A stretch of DNA of 64,000 nucleotides from Myxococcota bacterium (GTDB lineage Bacteria; Myxococcota; XYA12-FULL-58-9; JALHOP01): NCBI GenBank assembly GCA_041288095.1, contig JBGGMJ010000136.1:5706-69705 (forward strand), read 5' to 3'. This document shows positions 1 to 9,542 of the stretch, piece after piece; the stretch's first letter is position 1, and every line of letters begins with the position of its first letter. The position numbers and the translations under genes were made by a program. The notes below the pieces were generated by a model. It saw only the letters and a program-made list of their open reading frames with translations. It was not told the origin of the DNA and ran no database searches.

Positions 1-149
1 TCGAAGACACGACGGCCGGCGAGGTCTTCCCAGCGGCTCGCGGTCACGCGCAGATAAGCCGGGTTGGCCGCAATGAAGCGCAGCTCCGCGTCCACCACGA
101 CATAGGGGTTGGGCGATGCGGCGAAGAGGGCCTCGAAATCGATCTGCAT
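1..149 (-). CDS. PAS-domain sensor protein, N-terminal part (runs off window start)
   Basis: Manual translation from ATG at 149: MQIDFEALFAASPNPYVVVDAELRFIAANPAYLRVTASRWEDLAGRRVF, a typical PAS N-terminus; not in ORF track because truncated. Confidence 0.75.
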   Translation of the reverse strand, partial: MQIDFEALFAASPNPYVVVDAELRFIAANPAYLRVTASRWEDLAGRRVF

Positions 150-198
150 GCGGGCGTCGGATTCTGGCGAAGATAAGCACCTTCGCCGGAAGCACCAG

Positions 199-2037
199 CT
201 AGACCCGCACTCCGATGCCGGTCACCCGGACGAGCTCGTCGAAGGTCGTGATGCCGGTCCGCAGCCGGTCGAGCGCCGAGTCTCGCAGCGGGCGCATGCC
301 ACTTGCCACGGCCTTGTCGCGGAGCTGCTCTTCGGGGACACCTGCTTGCAACGCGCCGGTGAGGTCCTTGGTGGCGCTCAACATCTCGAAAATACCGACG
401 CGGCCGTAGTAGCCGGTGCCCCGACAGTGGACGCAGCCCGCGCCTTCGCAGACCCCACCGTAGGCGGCGCGCTCGCTCTCCGGAATGCCGAGGATGAGGA
501 GCTCGTCGCCGCTGAGCGCCGCTGGCCCCTTGCAGTGCGGACAGATCCGCCGCAGCAGACGCTGCGCCATCACCCCAACCAGCGTCGAGCTGATGAGGAA
601 CGGCTCGACCCCGAGATCGACCAAACGCGTCACCGCGCCAACCGTGTCGTTGGTGTGCAACGTGCTGAACACCAGATGGCCGGTAAGCGCGGCCTCGACC
701 GCCATTTGCGCGGTCTCACCGTCGCGGATCTCGCCGATCATGATGATGTCGGGATCCTGGCGGAGGATGCTGCGCATGGCGCTCGCGAAATCGACACCGA
801 TCTTCGGCTGCGCCTGCATCTGATTGAAGGCGTCGGTGACCATTTCGATCGGGTCCTCGACGGTGGTGACGTTGACGTCGTCCCCCGCGAGCCGGCGCAG
901 CGTGGTGTAGAGCGTCGTCGTTTTGCCGCTGCCGGTCGGGCCGGTGATCAAGACGAGCCCGTGAGGCTCGGCGATCCAGCGCTCGAAGGTCTGCTGATCG
1001 TCGGTCTCGAAGCCGAGGTCCGGCAGCTCTTGCAGGAGGACCCCGGGGTCGAAGATGCGGATGACGATCTTCTCGCCGAACGCCACCGGGATACAGGAGA
1101 CGCGAAGCTCGACCTCTTTGTCCGCTAGAACGGTCTTGATGCGTCCGTCTTGAGGCCGGCGTTTCTCGGCGATGTCCATGCGCGCGATGGTCTTGAGACG
1201 CGACGCGATGGCCGGGTGCACACGCTTCGGAATGGTGTGGACGTTGTGCAGCACGCCGTCGATGCGCAGGCGGACCTGCGAGTCGCCCTTGCGCGGCTCG
1301 ATGTGGATGTCGCTCGCGCGTTGGTCGAAGGCATAGCGAAAGAGGAAGTCGACGGCGTTGACGACCGGCTGGTCGCTGCCCTCGATCTCTCCGACGTTGC
1401 GCAGCTTCACCAGCTGTTCGAAGTCGCCCGACGCGGCGGATCCCGAGCTTTCCCTGGCGGCCGACTCGACGCTCTTGCGGAAGCCGTAGATCTCGGTGAT
1501 CGACTTGAGAATGTCGCGTTTGCTGGCGACGACGCGCTTGAGCTTGCCTGGGTAGATGCGCCGCAGGTTCTCGATGACCTCGACGTCGAATGGATTGTCG
1601 ACCGCGATGGTCAGCTCACCGTTGCCCTCGGCGAGCGGCAGCACCACGTGCCGCAACGCGAATGGCCGCGATAGCGTACGCGTAATGAGCTGCATGTCGA
1701 GCTCGAGCGGGTCGACCTTCTTGTACCCGAGCTGCGACTTGGCGGCGACCACCTGGGCGAGCTTGTCCTCGTCGAGCTCACCGCCGCGCCGATCGGCCAG
1801 CTTGAACGACGCCACCAGCTCGGCCGGGCTCACGGCATAATGCGCCCCCGCCGGCAGGTCGCCGCTCCCGAGCACCTGTTTGATCACCCTCGCCCGCTGC
1901 TCGCGCTGCTGGACCTCGACGCTCTTACGCTGCTCGGCGTCGATGATCTGGTTGCGCTCGAGGACATCGAGCAGCCATTCGACGGAGTACGTCGCTTGGC
2001 TGACCTTTTGGGGCGCGGCTGGCGTCGTGGAGCTCAA
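199..2037 (-). CDS. GspE/PilB-family secretion/pilus assembly ATPase
   Basis: ASDIHIEP, RLRIDGVL, PQDGRI, Walker A GPTGSGKTTT, EDPIE, LRQDPD-GEIRD, TGHLVFSTLHTN, CxxC...CxxC; TTG start uncertain. Confidence 0.92.
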   Translation of the reverse strand: MSSTTPAAPQKVSQATYSVEWLLDVLERNQIIDAEQRKSVEVQQREQRARVIKQVLGSGDLPAGAHYAVSPAELVASFKLADRRGGELDEDKLAQVVAAKSQLGYKKVDPLELDMQLITRTLSRPFALRHVVLPLAEGNGELTIAVDNPFDVEVIENLRRIYPGKLKRVVASKRDILKSITEIYGFRKSVESAARESSGSAASGDFEQLVKLRNVGEIEGSDQPVVNAVDFLFRYAFDQRASDIHIEPRKGDSQVRLRIDGVLHNVHTIPKRVHPAIASRLKTIARMDIAEKRRPQDGRIKTVLADKEVELRVSCIPVAFGEKIVIRIFDPGVLLQELPDLGFETDDQQTFERWIAEPHGLVLITGPTGSGKTTTLYTTLRRLAGDDVNVTTVEDPIEMVTDAFNQMQAQPKIGVDFASAMRSILRQDPDIIMIGEIRDGETAQMAVEAALTGHLVFSTLHTNDTVGAVTRLVDLGVEPFLISSTLVGVMAQRLLRRICPHCKGPAALSGDELLILGIPESERAAYGGVCEGAGCVHCRGTGYYGRVGIFEMLSATKDLTGALQAGVPEEQLRDKAVASGMRPLRDSALDRLRTGITTFDELVRVTGIGVRV

Positions 2038-2074
2038 GGCTCCCGCAGCTTAACACGGCCCCGACGTGGGTGCT

Positions 2075-2473
2075 CTAGCGAGCCGGCGCGATCATGTTGC
2101 CGGTGTCGAGCGCGTCTTTGCCGGCGAAGACGAGGTTCCAGTACCAGCCGGTGACGGGCTCGAAGGCTGCCAGGGCACCCAGGCCGATGCTCGCCGCGCC
2201 AGACTTGAAGAACATGAACGCCGCGTCACGTTGACCGTCCTTCAGCGCCGCGACCGAAAAACCGAGCTTGGCGACGCCGTAAGTCATCGACGTCCAACCA
2301 CCGATGACCGCAAGACCGGGAACGCAGCTCGCGCCCTGGGTGACGGCGTTGCCGGCGTTGATAGCGGCGCTGAAGTTGCGTGCGAGGTAGTTGCTGTTGA
2401 TCTCGCTGCGCGACGGGCGGTCGATGTCGGTGAGGACGAGAAGCTGACGAATGGGATTGGTGGTCAAGGCCAT
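2075..2473 (-). CDS. Small hydrophobic hypothetical protein
   Basis: 132-aa ORF with ATG, GGAG upstream and GC-rich third positions, filling the gap between two genes; Gly/Ala-rich hydrophobic segments. Confidence 0.7.
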   Translation of the reverse strand: MALTTNPIRQLLVLTDIDRPSRSEINSNYLARNFSAAINAGNAVTQGASCVPGLAVIGGWTSMTYGVAKLGFSVAALKDGQRDAAFMFFKSGAASIGLGALAAFEPVTGWYWNLVFAGKDALDTGNMIAPAR

Positions 2474-2586
2474 GAACGGACTCCGAGCGTATGGGCGGCC
2501 CCAATAGCGCTGTTGATGTCCGCGATTTTCGTCGGCGCGCGCGTGATGGTGCGTGCCCTGCAGTGCCTGGCGGTCACCGCACCCTG

Positions 2587-3924
2587 CTACATCAGCACTA
2601 GGCCTTCATCCTCGCTGAACTTCAGCTGGCCCTTCATGATCGCTTGCGTCGTCTTGCTGCGCTCGTCGGAGAGCTCGGCGATGTGCGCCAGGAGCTGCGG
2701 GTGAGTCGAGGCGATCTCCGAAAACACGCGCCGCGGAAGCTTGAGCACGATCGACTTCTTGAGCGTCTTGATGTTGGCGCTCACCGGGTTGTTGGTGAGC
2801 AGCGACATCTCGCCGAAGACGTCGCCTTCCTTGAGGTGAGCGAGCACCTGGCGCTTGCCGTCGACTTTCTTCGAGACCTCGGCGCGGCCCGAGAGCAGCA
2901 GGTAGAGCCCGTCGCCTTTCTCGCCCTCCTCGAGGAGCTTCTCGTTGGCGCCGACCTCGCGGCTCTTGAACTGCTCGATGAGCGTGCGGCGCTGATTGGC
3001 GTCGAGGGGCCGGAAGATTGGCGATGTCGCCATCAGGTTCGAGAGCAAACGTTGGCGGTAGAACCGCAAGAGCGCGTGTTTCACCGAGGGATAGCTGTCG
3101 ACGACGCTCGACAAGGTTTCGCGCGACACCTGGAAGAGCAGCGTCTCTTCCTCGGCGATGACGCTGGCGGTGCGGGGTGACTCGGAGAGCAAGGCCATCT
3201 CGCCGAAGAAAGCGCCGTCGGTGAGGTGCGCGAGGACGACCTCTTTGCCCTGGTCGCCGGTCTTGGTGATCTTCACGCGCCCGCTCGAGACGATGAACAT
3301 CGAGTCGTCGACGTCGCCCTGACGAATGATGAACTCGTCGGGCACGGCGTTGCGCATCTCCATGCGCTCGAGCAACGCGATGAAGGCGTTCTTCGGCAGC
3401 TCGGAGAACAGCGGGATGGTGGGGAGCTCTTTGACCGCCGGCTCCGCCTCTTCGATCATCACGATGTCGTCGTCGTCGAGCTCCTCGATCTCGGCGGCGG
3501 CCGGCTTCTGCTTTAGCGGAGGAGGTGTGGCGGCGGGAGCGCTGGCCTTCGGCGGCGGCGGCGTGAAGCCCGCCGGTAACGAGGGCGGCTGACTCGAGCG
3601 GCCGCTCTTCTTGGCGTAGAGGTCGGCGATGATCTTCTGCGTGTCCGTGTGCTGCGGATCCATCTCGAGGATCAGCTTGCAGGCGGCGATGGCTTTGAGC
3701 AGCAAGCCGTCGGCGGCGTAGACCTGCGCGACGCTGATGTACTGGGCAATCGCCTTGTCGCTCTGGTTGAGCTTGCGGAGAATGTCGCCGCACTTCAGAC
3801 GCGCGGTGATGTCGCCGGAGTCGGCGGCCAACACCTCTTCGTAAACCGCGAGGGCTTTCTCGAGCTTGCCCTTCTGAACGAGCTGGGCGGCTTCATCTTT
3901 AAGCTTGCGGAGCTTTTCGCTCAT
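2587..3924 (-). CDS. TPR plus tandem cyclic-nucleotide-binding domain protein
   Basis: N-terminal TPR-like helices, Pro-rich linker, two cNMP-binding domains (GAFFGEMALL..PRTASV; GDVFGEMSLL..PVSANI). Confidence 0.88.
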   Translation of the reverse strand: MSEKLRKLKDEAAQLVQKGKLEKALAVYEEVLAADSGDITARLKCGDILRKLNQSDKAIAQYISVAQVYAADGLLLKAIAACKLILEMDPQHTDTQKIIADLYAKKSGRSSQPPSLPAGFTPPPPKASAPAATPPPLKQKPAAAEIEELDDDDIVMIEEAEPAVKELPTIPLFSELPKNAFIALLERMEMRNAVPDEFIIRQGDVDDSMFIVSSGRVKITKTGDQGKEVVLAHLTDGAFFGEMALLSESPRTASVIAEEETLLFQVSRETLSSVVDSYPSVKHALLRFYRQRLLSNLMATSPIFRPLDANQRRTLIEQFKSREVGANEKLLEEGEKGDGLYLLLSGRAEVSKKVDGKRQVLAHLKEGDVFGEMSLLTNNPVSANIKTLKKSIVLKLPRRVFSEIASTHPQLLAHIAELSDERSKTTQAIMKGQLKFSEDEGLVLM

Positions 3925-3934
3925 CGGGATACCG

Positions 3935-3962
3935 ATTCTAACGGCCGTGGGGGGCCGGTCAA
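3935..3962 (-). promoter_or_regulatory. Putative sigma70-type promoter for the TPR-cNMP gene
   Basis: TTGACC-N16-TAGAAT on minus strand, ending about 10 nt before ATG at 3924. Confidence 0.45.
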
Positions 3963-3987
3963 GCGACCTGGAGAAAGTTGCGATCGG

Positions 3988-5301
3988 CTAACGGCGTGGG
4001 CCACTCGGGCGGCGACCGCCGGGACGAGGCCCACTGCCGCTCGATGGAGGCCCACGACGCGGGCCGCGGTCTTCAGACGGAGGCCCCCCGCGCGCGGGAC
4101 GCGGACCTCGGCCTTCGGGCGCAGGTCCCCGACGATCGGTTCTCGGCCCGCGGCTATCGGCCCTCGGACCCCGACTATCGGACCTCGGACCCCGGCTATC
4201 GGCTCTCGGCCCCCGGCTATCGACTCGCGGCCCCCGGCTATCGACTCTCGGTCCCCGGCTATCGGCTCTCGGACCTCGGCTATCGACTCGCGGCCCCCGG
4301 CTATCGGCTCGCGGACCCCGACTATCGGTTCGCGGTCCCCGGCTATCACTCCTCGCCCCTCGGCTATCGGACCTCGGCCCACGACTCTCCCCGCTCCCAC
4401 TCCTCTCCCGCGGCGCTCCATACCCCCTCGCCTTCTCCTCCCGCCGATACGTCTTCGACGCCGCCCCCTTCGAAAACAACATCTCACTCGTCCGCGGCCC
4501 GCGGCGCTTCGAGAGCAAATCAGCGGCATTGCCCGACCGCCACGCGCGCAACAGCTCGACCTCACCCTCGGTGAGAAATCGCCAGAGCCCCACGTCCAGA
4601 TCACCCAGCTCGATGCCGCCAAACTCGGTGCGAATGAGGCGGATCACCTGCGTGCCGATCGCCTCGAACATGCGCTTCACTTGGTGATGGCGCCCCTCGT
4701 GGATCACCACCTCGAGCCACGTATTCGCCGGACTCTCGCGCACCACCGTGACCTCCGCTGGAGCAGTCGGCCGCGACGTCCTGCCGTCTTCTTCGCGCAG
4801 GCGCACACCACGGCGCAGGCGGTCGAGCTGACGCTGCTCGGGCCGTCCCTTCACCTTCACCACGTACGTCTTCGGTACGTGAAAGCGCGGGTGCAACAAG
4901 TCGTTCGACAGCGCCCCGTCGTTGGTCAGCACGAGGAGACCCTCGGCGTCGAAGTCCAGGCGCCCCACCGGAAACACGCGCGGCATGTTGCCTTCGAAGC
5001 TCTTGCGGCCGGTGGCGCGGCTCATCTCGATCACGTCGATGACCGTCTGCCGCTTTTCCGGATCCTTGAGCGTCGTCACCACGTGGATGGGCTTGTGCAG
5101 CGCCATGTAGACGAGCGGCTCCGCGCTGACGACTCCGTAGCCATCGACCTCGATGGTGTCGTTCTCCGGATCGGCCTTGGCGCCGAGCTCGCTCACGACC
5201 TCTCCGTTAACGCGGACACGGCCTTCGCTGATGTACTTCTCGGCGGCGCGCCGCGAGGCGATGCCCGCTTGGGCCAGGATCTTCTGTAAACGCTCTTCCA
5301 T
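3988..5301 (-). CDS. rluB: 23S rRNA pseudouridine synthase (RluB/RsuA family) with Arg-rich repeat tail
   Basis: S4 domain (ERLQKILAQAGIASRRAAE), catalytic VGRLD, EGRHHQVKRMF; downstream of scpB as is commonly conserved. Confidence 0.92.
   Translation of the reverse strand: MEERLQKILAQAGIASRRAAEKYISEGRVRVNGEVVSELGAKADPENDTIEVDGYGVVSAEPLVYMALHKPIHVVTTLKDPEKRQTVIDVIEMSRATGRKSFEGNMPRVFPVGRLDFDAEGLLVLTNDGALSNDLLHPRFHVPKTYVVKVKGRPEQRQLDRLRRGVRLREEDGRTSRPTAPAEVTVVRESPANTWLEVVIHEGRHHQVKRMFEAIGTQVIRLIRTEFGGIELGDLDVGLWRFLTEGEVELLRAWRSGNAADLLSKRRGPRTSEMLFSKGAASKTYRREEKARGYGAPRERSGSGESRGPRSDSRGARSDSRGPRTDSRGPRADSRGPRVDSRGPRADSRGPRVDSRGPRVDSRGPRADSRGPRSDSRGPRADSRGPRTDRRGPAPEGRGPRPARGGPPSEDRGPRRGPPSSGSGPRPGGRRPSGPRR
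4131..4380. repeat. Degenerate heptanucleotide tandem repeat with 21-bp super-period inside rluB (encodes (DSRGPRx)n)
   Basis: Units read ggctatc-ggctctc-ggccccc and variants, about 11-12 periods of 21 bp. Confidence 0.9.
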
Positions 5302-6294
5302 TTAGGTGCCGGTCTCCCGTTCGGCGACGACTGGTTCCGCGGGGTTCTCGGCGGCCGGGTCGATGCTGATGCCTTGGCTTGCGAAAGCATCGCGCGTCTT
5401 GGTCTCGGTTGCGTCCAGGCCCAACACCGCCTCGTCGAGCGCTTGTACAGCGGGTTCCTCGTCGAGGCGTAGTTTCTTGGCGTTGCGGCTCAGGTCATCC
5501 AGCGTCGGCATCTCGCCCAACGTCTGGGTGATCTCTTCCTGCGACTCTTCGGTCAGCTCACTGAACTCACGCAGCGACGGTAGCTGTCCCAGGGACGCAA
5601 GATTGAAGAAGCTCAAGAACTCCTTCGTGGTGCCGTAGAGCATCGGGCGGCCGGGCTCTTCGCGCTTGCCGACGATCCGCACGAGGTTGCGGTCGAGCAG
5701 CAGACGAATGGTCGCGCCGCAGTCGACGCCGCGGATGTGATCGATCTCCGGCTTCGTGGCCGGCTGGCGATAAGCGATGATGGCCAGGGTCTCGAGCGCC
5801 GGGCGCGACATGCGCACGGGCCGTTGCTCGGTCGTGGAACGCAGGTAGCTCGCCCATTTCGCGTTCGAGCGGAACGTCCAGCCGTCAGCGACCTCGGCGA
5901 GATTGAAGCCGCGCGTCTCGGCGTCGACGGCCCAGCGCTTCTTGAGCAGCTTGAGCGCGTCCTTGACGAGGGCCAACTTGTGGGCGCGGACCGTCTCGTG
6001 ATCCTCGGCCCAGGTGCGCTCCATCACCTTCTTGATGTCGCCGAGCGTCACCGGCTCGCCGGCCGCGAAGATGATCGCCTCCACGGCATCGACGAAGTCT
6101 TCCGCGCGAATGTCGTCGAGGTTCGGTAGCTCGAGCTGGACGGCCTCGCCCGCCGGTGCTTCCTCGACCTCGGCCTCCAGCTCGGCTGCGGGATCGTCGG
6201 ACGCCTCGGCGGCCGCTTCGGCCTCGGACACTTTCACTTCCGCGTCGCCGTTCTCGGCGATGTTCGCGGACTCATCCAGCGTATTGCGATTCAT
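5302..6294 (-). CDS. scpB: SMC-Scp complex subunit ScpB
   Basis: VEAIIFAAGEP, ALETLAIIAYRQP, IRGVDC, PGRPMLYGTTKEFL; acidic N- and C-terminal extensions. Confidence 0.95.
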   Translation of the reverse strand: MNRNTLDESANIAENGDAEVKVSEAEAAAEASDDPAAELEAEVEEAPAGEAVQLELPNLDDIRAEDFVDAVEAIIFAAGEPVTLGDIKKVMERTWAEDHETVRAHKLALVKDALKLLKKRWAVDAETRGFNLAEVADGWTFRSNAKWASYLRSTTEQRPVRMSRPALETLAIIAYRQPATKPEIDHIRGVDCGATIRLLLDRNLVRIVGKREEPGRPMLYGTTKEFLSFFNLASLGQLPSLREFSELTEESQEEITQTLGEMPTLDDLSRNAKKLRLDEEPAVQALDEAVLGLDATETKTRDAFASQGISIDPAAENPAEPVVAERETGT

Positions 6295-8752
6295 CCAGAC
6301 CCTCGAGGCGCGCGAACGCCAAGCTCACGTCATCGAACTTCGGGTGCACGTAGATCACCCCGTCTTCGTTTTGGAAGATGCGCAGCAGCTTGAGCTTGCC
6401 CATCTCGAGTAGCGCCAGGAACGTCACGACGATGTCGATGCGGCGCCTCGCGTCTTCGAGCAGGGCTTCGAAGCGCATCGGCTCCTGGCTCTCGAAGCGC
6501 TGCACCAACGTGCGGATACGCTGACGTACCGAGACCTGCTCGAGCATGACCTGGTGGCGAACCTCCGGCTTCTGCCGATCGAGGCAGCTCTGGAAGGCTT
6601 TCACCAAGGCAAACAAACCGACTTCCTTGAGCGGCGCTTCGCCTTCCGGCGGCGGCGTGGGCTCGGCGTCGCGGCCGAACGTGTCGCGGCCGAAGCGATC
6701 GAGCAGACCGAAGCGTTCCGCGACGTCTTTGTACTTCTGGTACTCGAGGAGGCGGCGCACCAGCTCGGCGCGTGGATCGATCTCTTCCTCGTCGGCCGTC
6801 TCGCCTTCCGGACGTGGCAAGAGCATGCGCGACTTCAGCTGCAAGAGCTCAGCCGCCATGAAGAGGAACTCGGACGCGACGTCGATGTCCACGTCCTCCA
6901 TCGCCTTCAAATACTCGAGGTAGCGCTCACAGATGAACGCGATGGGGATATCGAAGACGTCGAGATGATGGCGCCTGATGAGATGCAGCAGCAGGTCGAG
7001 AGGGCCTTCGAAGCCGTCGAGCTGGAGCTGATAGATCGCGTGCATGCTCTCGGGAGTGGCGACGTAGTCCGTCGGCGTCTCCACCTTGGGGATCGGATTG
7101 CGGAAGGACGGCGTCGGTGCTTGCGGCTCTTCCTCGGCGGCCGTGGCCGTGGCGACGACATCGGCCATGGCGGCGGCTGCGAGCGCATCGGCGTCCGCTG
7201 GCATCTCACCCAGAGCATCCGTGGCGGCTGCGAGGGTGTCGGCCGCGGCCATCGTCTCCTCGACCGCGGTGGTCACGGCGTCGATGGTGGCTTCGTCGGA
7301 GAGTGACGCGGGCTCGAGCACGGGCTCGGGTGATGGCTCGTCAGTGGCCATCGCCGCCACTTCGGGAGGCAGCGGCTCCTCGACCGCCATGGCGGCCACC
7401 TCGGGGGGAACCGGTGCCCCTTCAGCCATCGCCTCATCGGCCGCTCGGCTCTCGGCGATCGGCTGCTCGGCAATCGCCTCGTCGGCCAATCGCTCCTCAC
7501 CCTCCGCCGCCATCGCGTACTCGTAATACGGATCCGCCATCACCGGCGGGGGCGACCAAGGCTCATCCTCGATGCGCTCGTCCTCATCGACGACGGGCTT
7601 CGCCTCGGCCATCTCTTCGACGGCTCCGGGATGATTGGTCGCGAACGCGGTGTTGGCGTCCTCCGCTTGCGCCATCGCGGCCTCGAGCTCGGACTCGATC
7701 TCGGCGTCGCCATCGATGACGGGCTCGGCGATAACGGGCTCTTCCGCGACCGGCTCTTCCAAGACAGACGCCAACGCCACCGGCTCGACCACAACGTCCG
7801 CCGCGGCGGTCACCGCTTCTCCAGCAACCGCCTCGACAGCGGTCATGTGCACCGACTCGGCCATTGCCCAGGCCGCGTCCGCGACCATCTTGCCCTCGTC
7901 GGACGCATCCGTCGCTGACGTCTCTTCGGTGACGACCGGAGCCTCGTCCGCCGCCACCAGCTCCTCGTCCGCGGCCATGACCGCTTCGACGCTGGGCTCG
8001 ACGATACTCGCGACCACGCCCTCAGGCGCCTCGGTTTCCGGCAATGCGACCGGCGCCGCTTCGTGCTCGGCGGGGACATCCACCGCGGGCGCAAGCTCGT
8101 AGCCCGCCGCGGCCAACACCTCCGGCGCGGGCGCGACAGGCTCGTCGGCAACCTCGGGCTCCGCGGCCGCCATCTGCTCCGCCAGCAACTGCTCGACGAT
8201 CTGCTGCCGAACCGTCGGCTCTTCGACGAGCAGCTCCGGCTCGACCGCTATCACGGACTCGGGCGGCGCCAACGGCAAGTCGCCCATGTGCATGAACATG
8301 TCGACGCGCGCGATGAGATCGGCGACAGCGGTGTCTTCGAGCGGCGTCGTGGGTGCGACCGGCGCCTTCGGCTCTTCAGCCTTGGCCTCGACCCGAGGTG
8401 CAATCGGTGTCGGGCGCGGCGCCGCGAGCTTCGCCTTGGGCTCGCGTCCGTATTTGGGCGCCTTGTATGCCGGGGCCTCCACCGGCGCCGGCTCGGGAGG
8501 CGGCGCGGCAGGGGCCGGGCGGCGCGGCGCGTCTGGTGCCGCGGCGGTCACGCTGGGCTCCGCCGCGAGCGCGGCTCGGATCTCCTCGAACTCGAGGTCT
8601 ATGACCTCACGGGTGACCGCGGGCGAAGGTGCGTCTGGGCGTGGAGGCGCGAGCTGCACCTCGGTGCGCCCGGGGGTTGGTAGCAACCACCGCCAAACGC
8701 GTCGCAGGACGCCCGAGAAACGGGCGAAAAATCGGCCGAGCTTGCGCTTCAC
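6272..8752 (-). CDS. scpA: Segregation/condensation kleisin ScpA with very long acidic N-terminal extension
   Basis: C-terminal ScpA domain (FEGPLDLLLHLI, SEFLFMAAELLQLKSRMLLP, VVTFLALLE) starting near 7045; upstream ~570 codons are open in frame and Ala/Glu/Pro-rich; true start uncertain. Confidence 0.85.
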   Translation of the reverse strand: MKRKLGRFFARFSGVLRRVWRWLLPTPGRTEVQLAPPRPDAPSPAVTREVIDLEFEEIRAALAAEPSVTAAAPDAPRRPAPAAPPPEPAPVEAPAYKAPKYGREPKAKLAAPRPTPIAPRVEAKAEEPKAPVAPTTPLEDTAVADLIARVDMFMHMGDLPLAPPESVIAVEPELLVEEPTVRQQIVEQLLAEQMAAAEPEVADEPVAPAPEVLAAAGYELAPAVDVPAEHEAAPVALPETEAPEGVVASIVEPSVEAVMAADEELVAADEAPVVTEETSATDASDEGKMVADAAWAMAESVHMTAVEAVAGEAVTAAADVVVEPVALASVLEEPVAEEPVIAEPVIDGDAEIESELEAAMAQAEDANTAFATNHPGAVEEMAEAKPVVDEDERIEDEPWSPPPVMADPYYEYAMAAEGEERLADEAIAEQPIAESRAADEAMAEGAPVPPEVAAMAVEEPLPPEVAAMATDEPSPEPVLEPASLSDEATIDAVTTAVEETMAAADTLAAATDALGEMPADADALAAAAMADVVATATAAEEEPQAPTPSFRNPIPKVETPTDYVATPESMHAIYQLQLDGFEGPLDLLLHLIRRHHLDVFDIPIAFICERYLEYLKAMEDVDIDVASEFLFMAAELLQLKSRMLLPRPEGETADEEEIDPRAELVRRLLEYQKYKDVAERFGLLDRFGRDTFGRDAEPTPPPEGEAPLKEVGLFALVKAFQSCLDRQKPEVRHQVMLEQVSVRQRIRTLVQRFESQEPMRFEALLEDARRRIDIVVTFLALLEMGKLKLLRIFQNEDGVIYVHPKFDDVSLAFARLEGLDESQYAG

Positions 8753-8828
8753 GGAACCTCTGGCTCGCGGAGCTTCGCGAGACCCTGCTCATTACCTCGG
8801 GGGTCCGACAACACGCGCCACGACCCCT

Positions 8829-9473
8829 CTAGGCAAGACCGGTCAGCGTCGCGACGCCTTGAATGAGCGCCTCGATCGGACCGCGCAGAAAACGCCCGGC
8901 GACGAAGAACAATGGGAGCAGCAAGAAGCTGCCGAACTGAGTCATCACCGCGTCGTAGCGCTCGGCCATCGCGCGCGGCAGCAGGCCGGAAAGAACCTTC
9001 TGCCCGTCGAGCGGATGGATCGGGATCATGTTGAACAAGAACAGGCCCGCGTTCATCGTCATCATGGCGATGAACAGTTGGTCGAAGGCCTCGGGCAAGG
9101 CATAGAAGCGACGCGAGGCAGCCAAGACCAAGGCCGCGCCGACCAACATGAAAAAGTTGGAGAGCGGCCCAGCGAACGCGACCAACATGGCGCCGTTGCG
9201 CATGGTGATGTCGCGGCGAAAGCGCGATGGCTCGAACGGCACCGGCTTCGCCCACGCGAAATACGGCCGGCCGGTCGTGAAGATCAGCATGATCGGTAAG
9301 AGCAACGAGCCAATGGGATCGATATGCGACAGCGGGTTGAGGTTGAGCCGCCCGAGCTTCTCCGCGGTGTCGTCGCCCAGCTTCTTTGCCGCCCAGGCGT
9401 GCGCGTACTCGTGCACCGTGAGCGACAAGATGAGCGGGACCAAATAGAAGACCGACTTCGACAACACGTCCAT
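8829..9473 (-). CDS. Site-2 protease (M50 family membrane metalloprotease)
   Basis: HEYAH zinc motif, AGPLSN, FNMIPIHPLDG; usual neighbour of scpAB. Confidence 0.93.
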   Translation of the reverse strand: MDVLSKSVFYLVPLILSLTVHEYAHAWAAKKLGDDTAEKLGRLNLNPLSHIDPIGSLLLPIMLIFTTGRPYFAWAKPVPFEPSRFRRDITMRNGAMLVAFAGPLSNFFMLVGAALVLAASRRFYALPEAFDQLFIAMMTMNAGLFLFNMIPIHPLDGQKVLSGLLPRAMAERYDAVMTQFGSFLLLPLFFVAGRFLRGPIEALIQGVATLTGLA

Positions 9474-9508
9474 GGGGGCTTCTCGCCTACTCTCCGGGCC
9501 CTAATAAA

Positions 9509-9535
9509 GCAACGGTAGCGGCCGTTTGCCGATGA
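9509..9535 (+). promoter_or_regulatory. Putative sigma28-like promoter (GCAA-N15-GCCGATGA)
   Basis: GCAA 9509-9512, 15-nt spacer, GCCGATGA 9528-9535, just upstream of orphan ORF 9543. Confidence 0.5.
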
Positions 9536-9542
9536 TGAGGAC

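Noticed and set aside
2489-2516. TCAA-N16-GCCCATAC upstream of the 2473 orphan as another sigma28-like site
   Set aside because: Spacer one base too long and both elements mismatched; not counted
4131-4380. Repeat array as possible CRISPR
   Set aside because: Contiguous 7/21-bp units with no unique spacers, inside a CDS, no cas genes
3649-5289. 546-aa plus-strand ORF with (PAIGSRP)n repeats
   Set aside because: Antisense shadow of rluB; openness explained by high GC and the heptamer repeat
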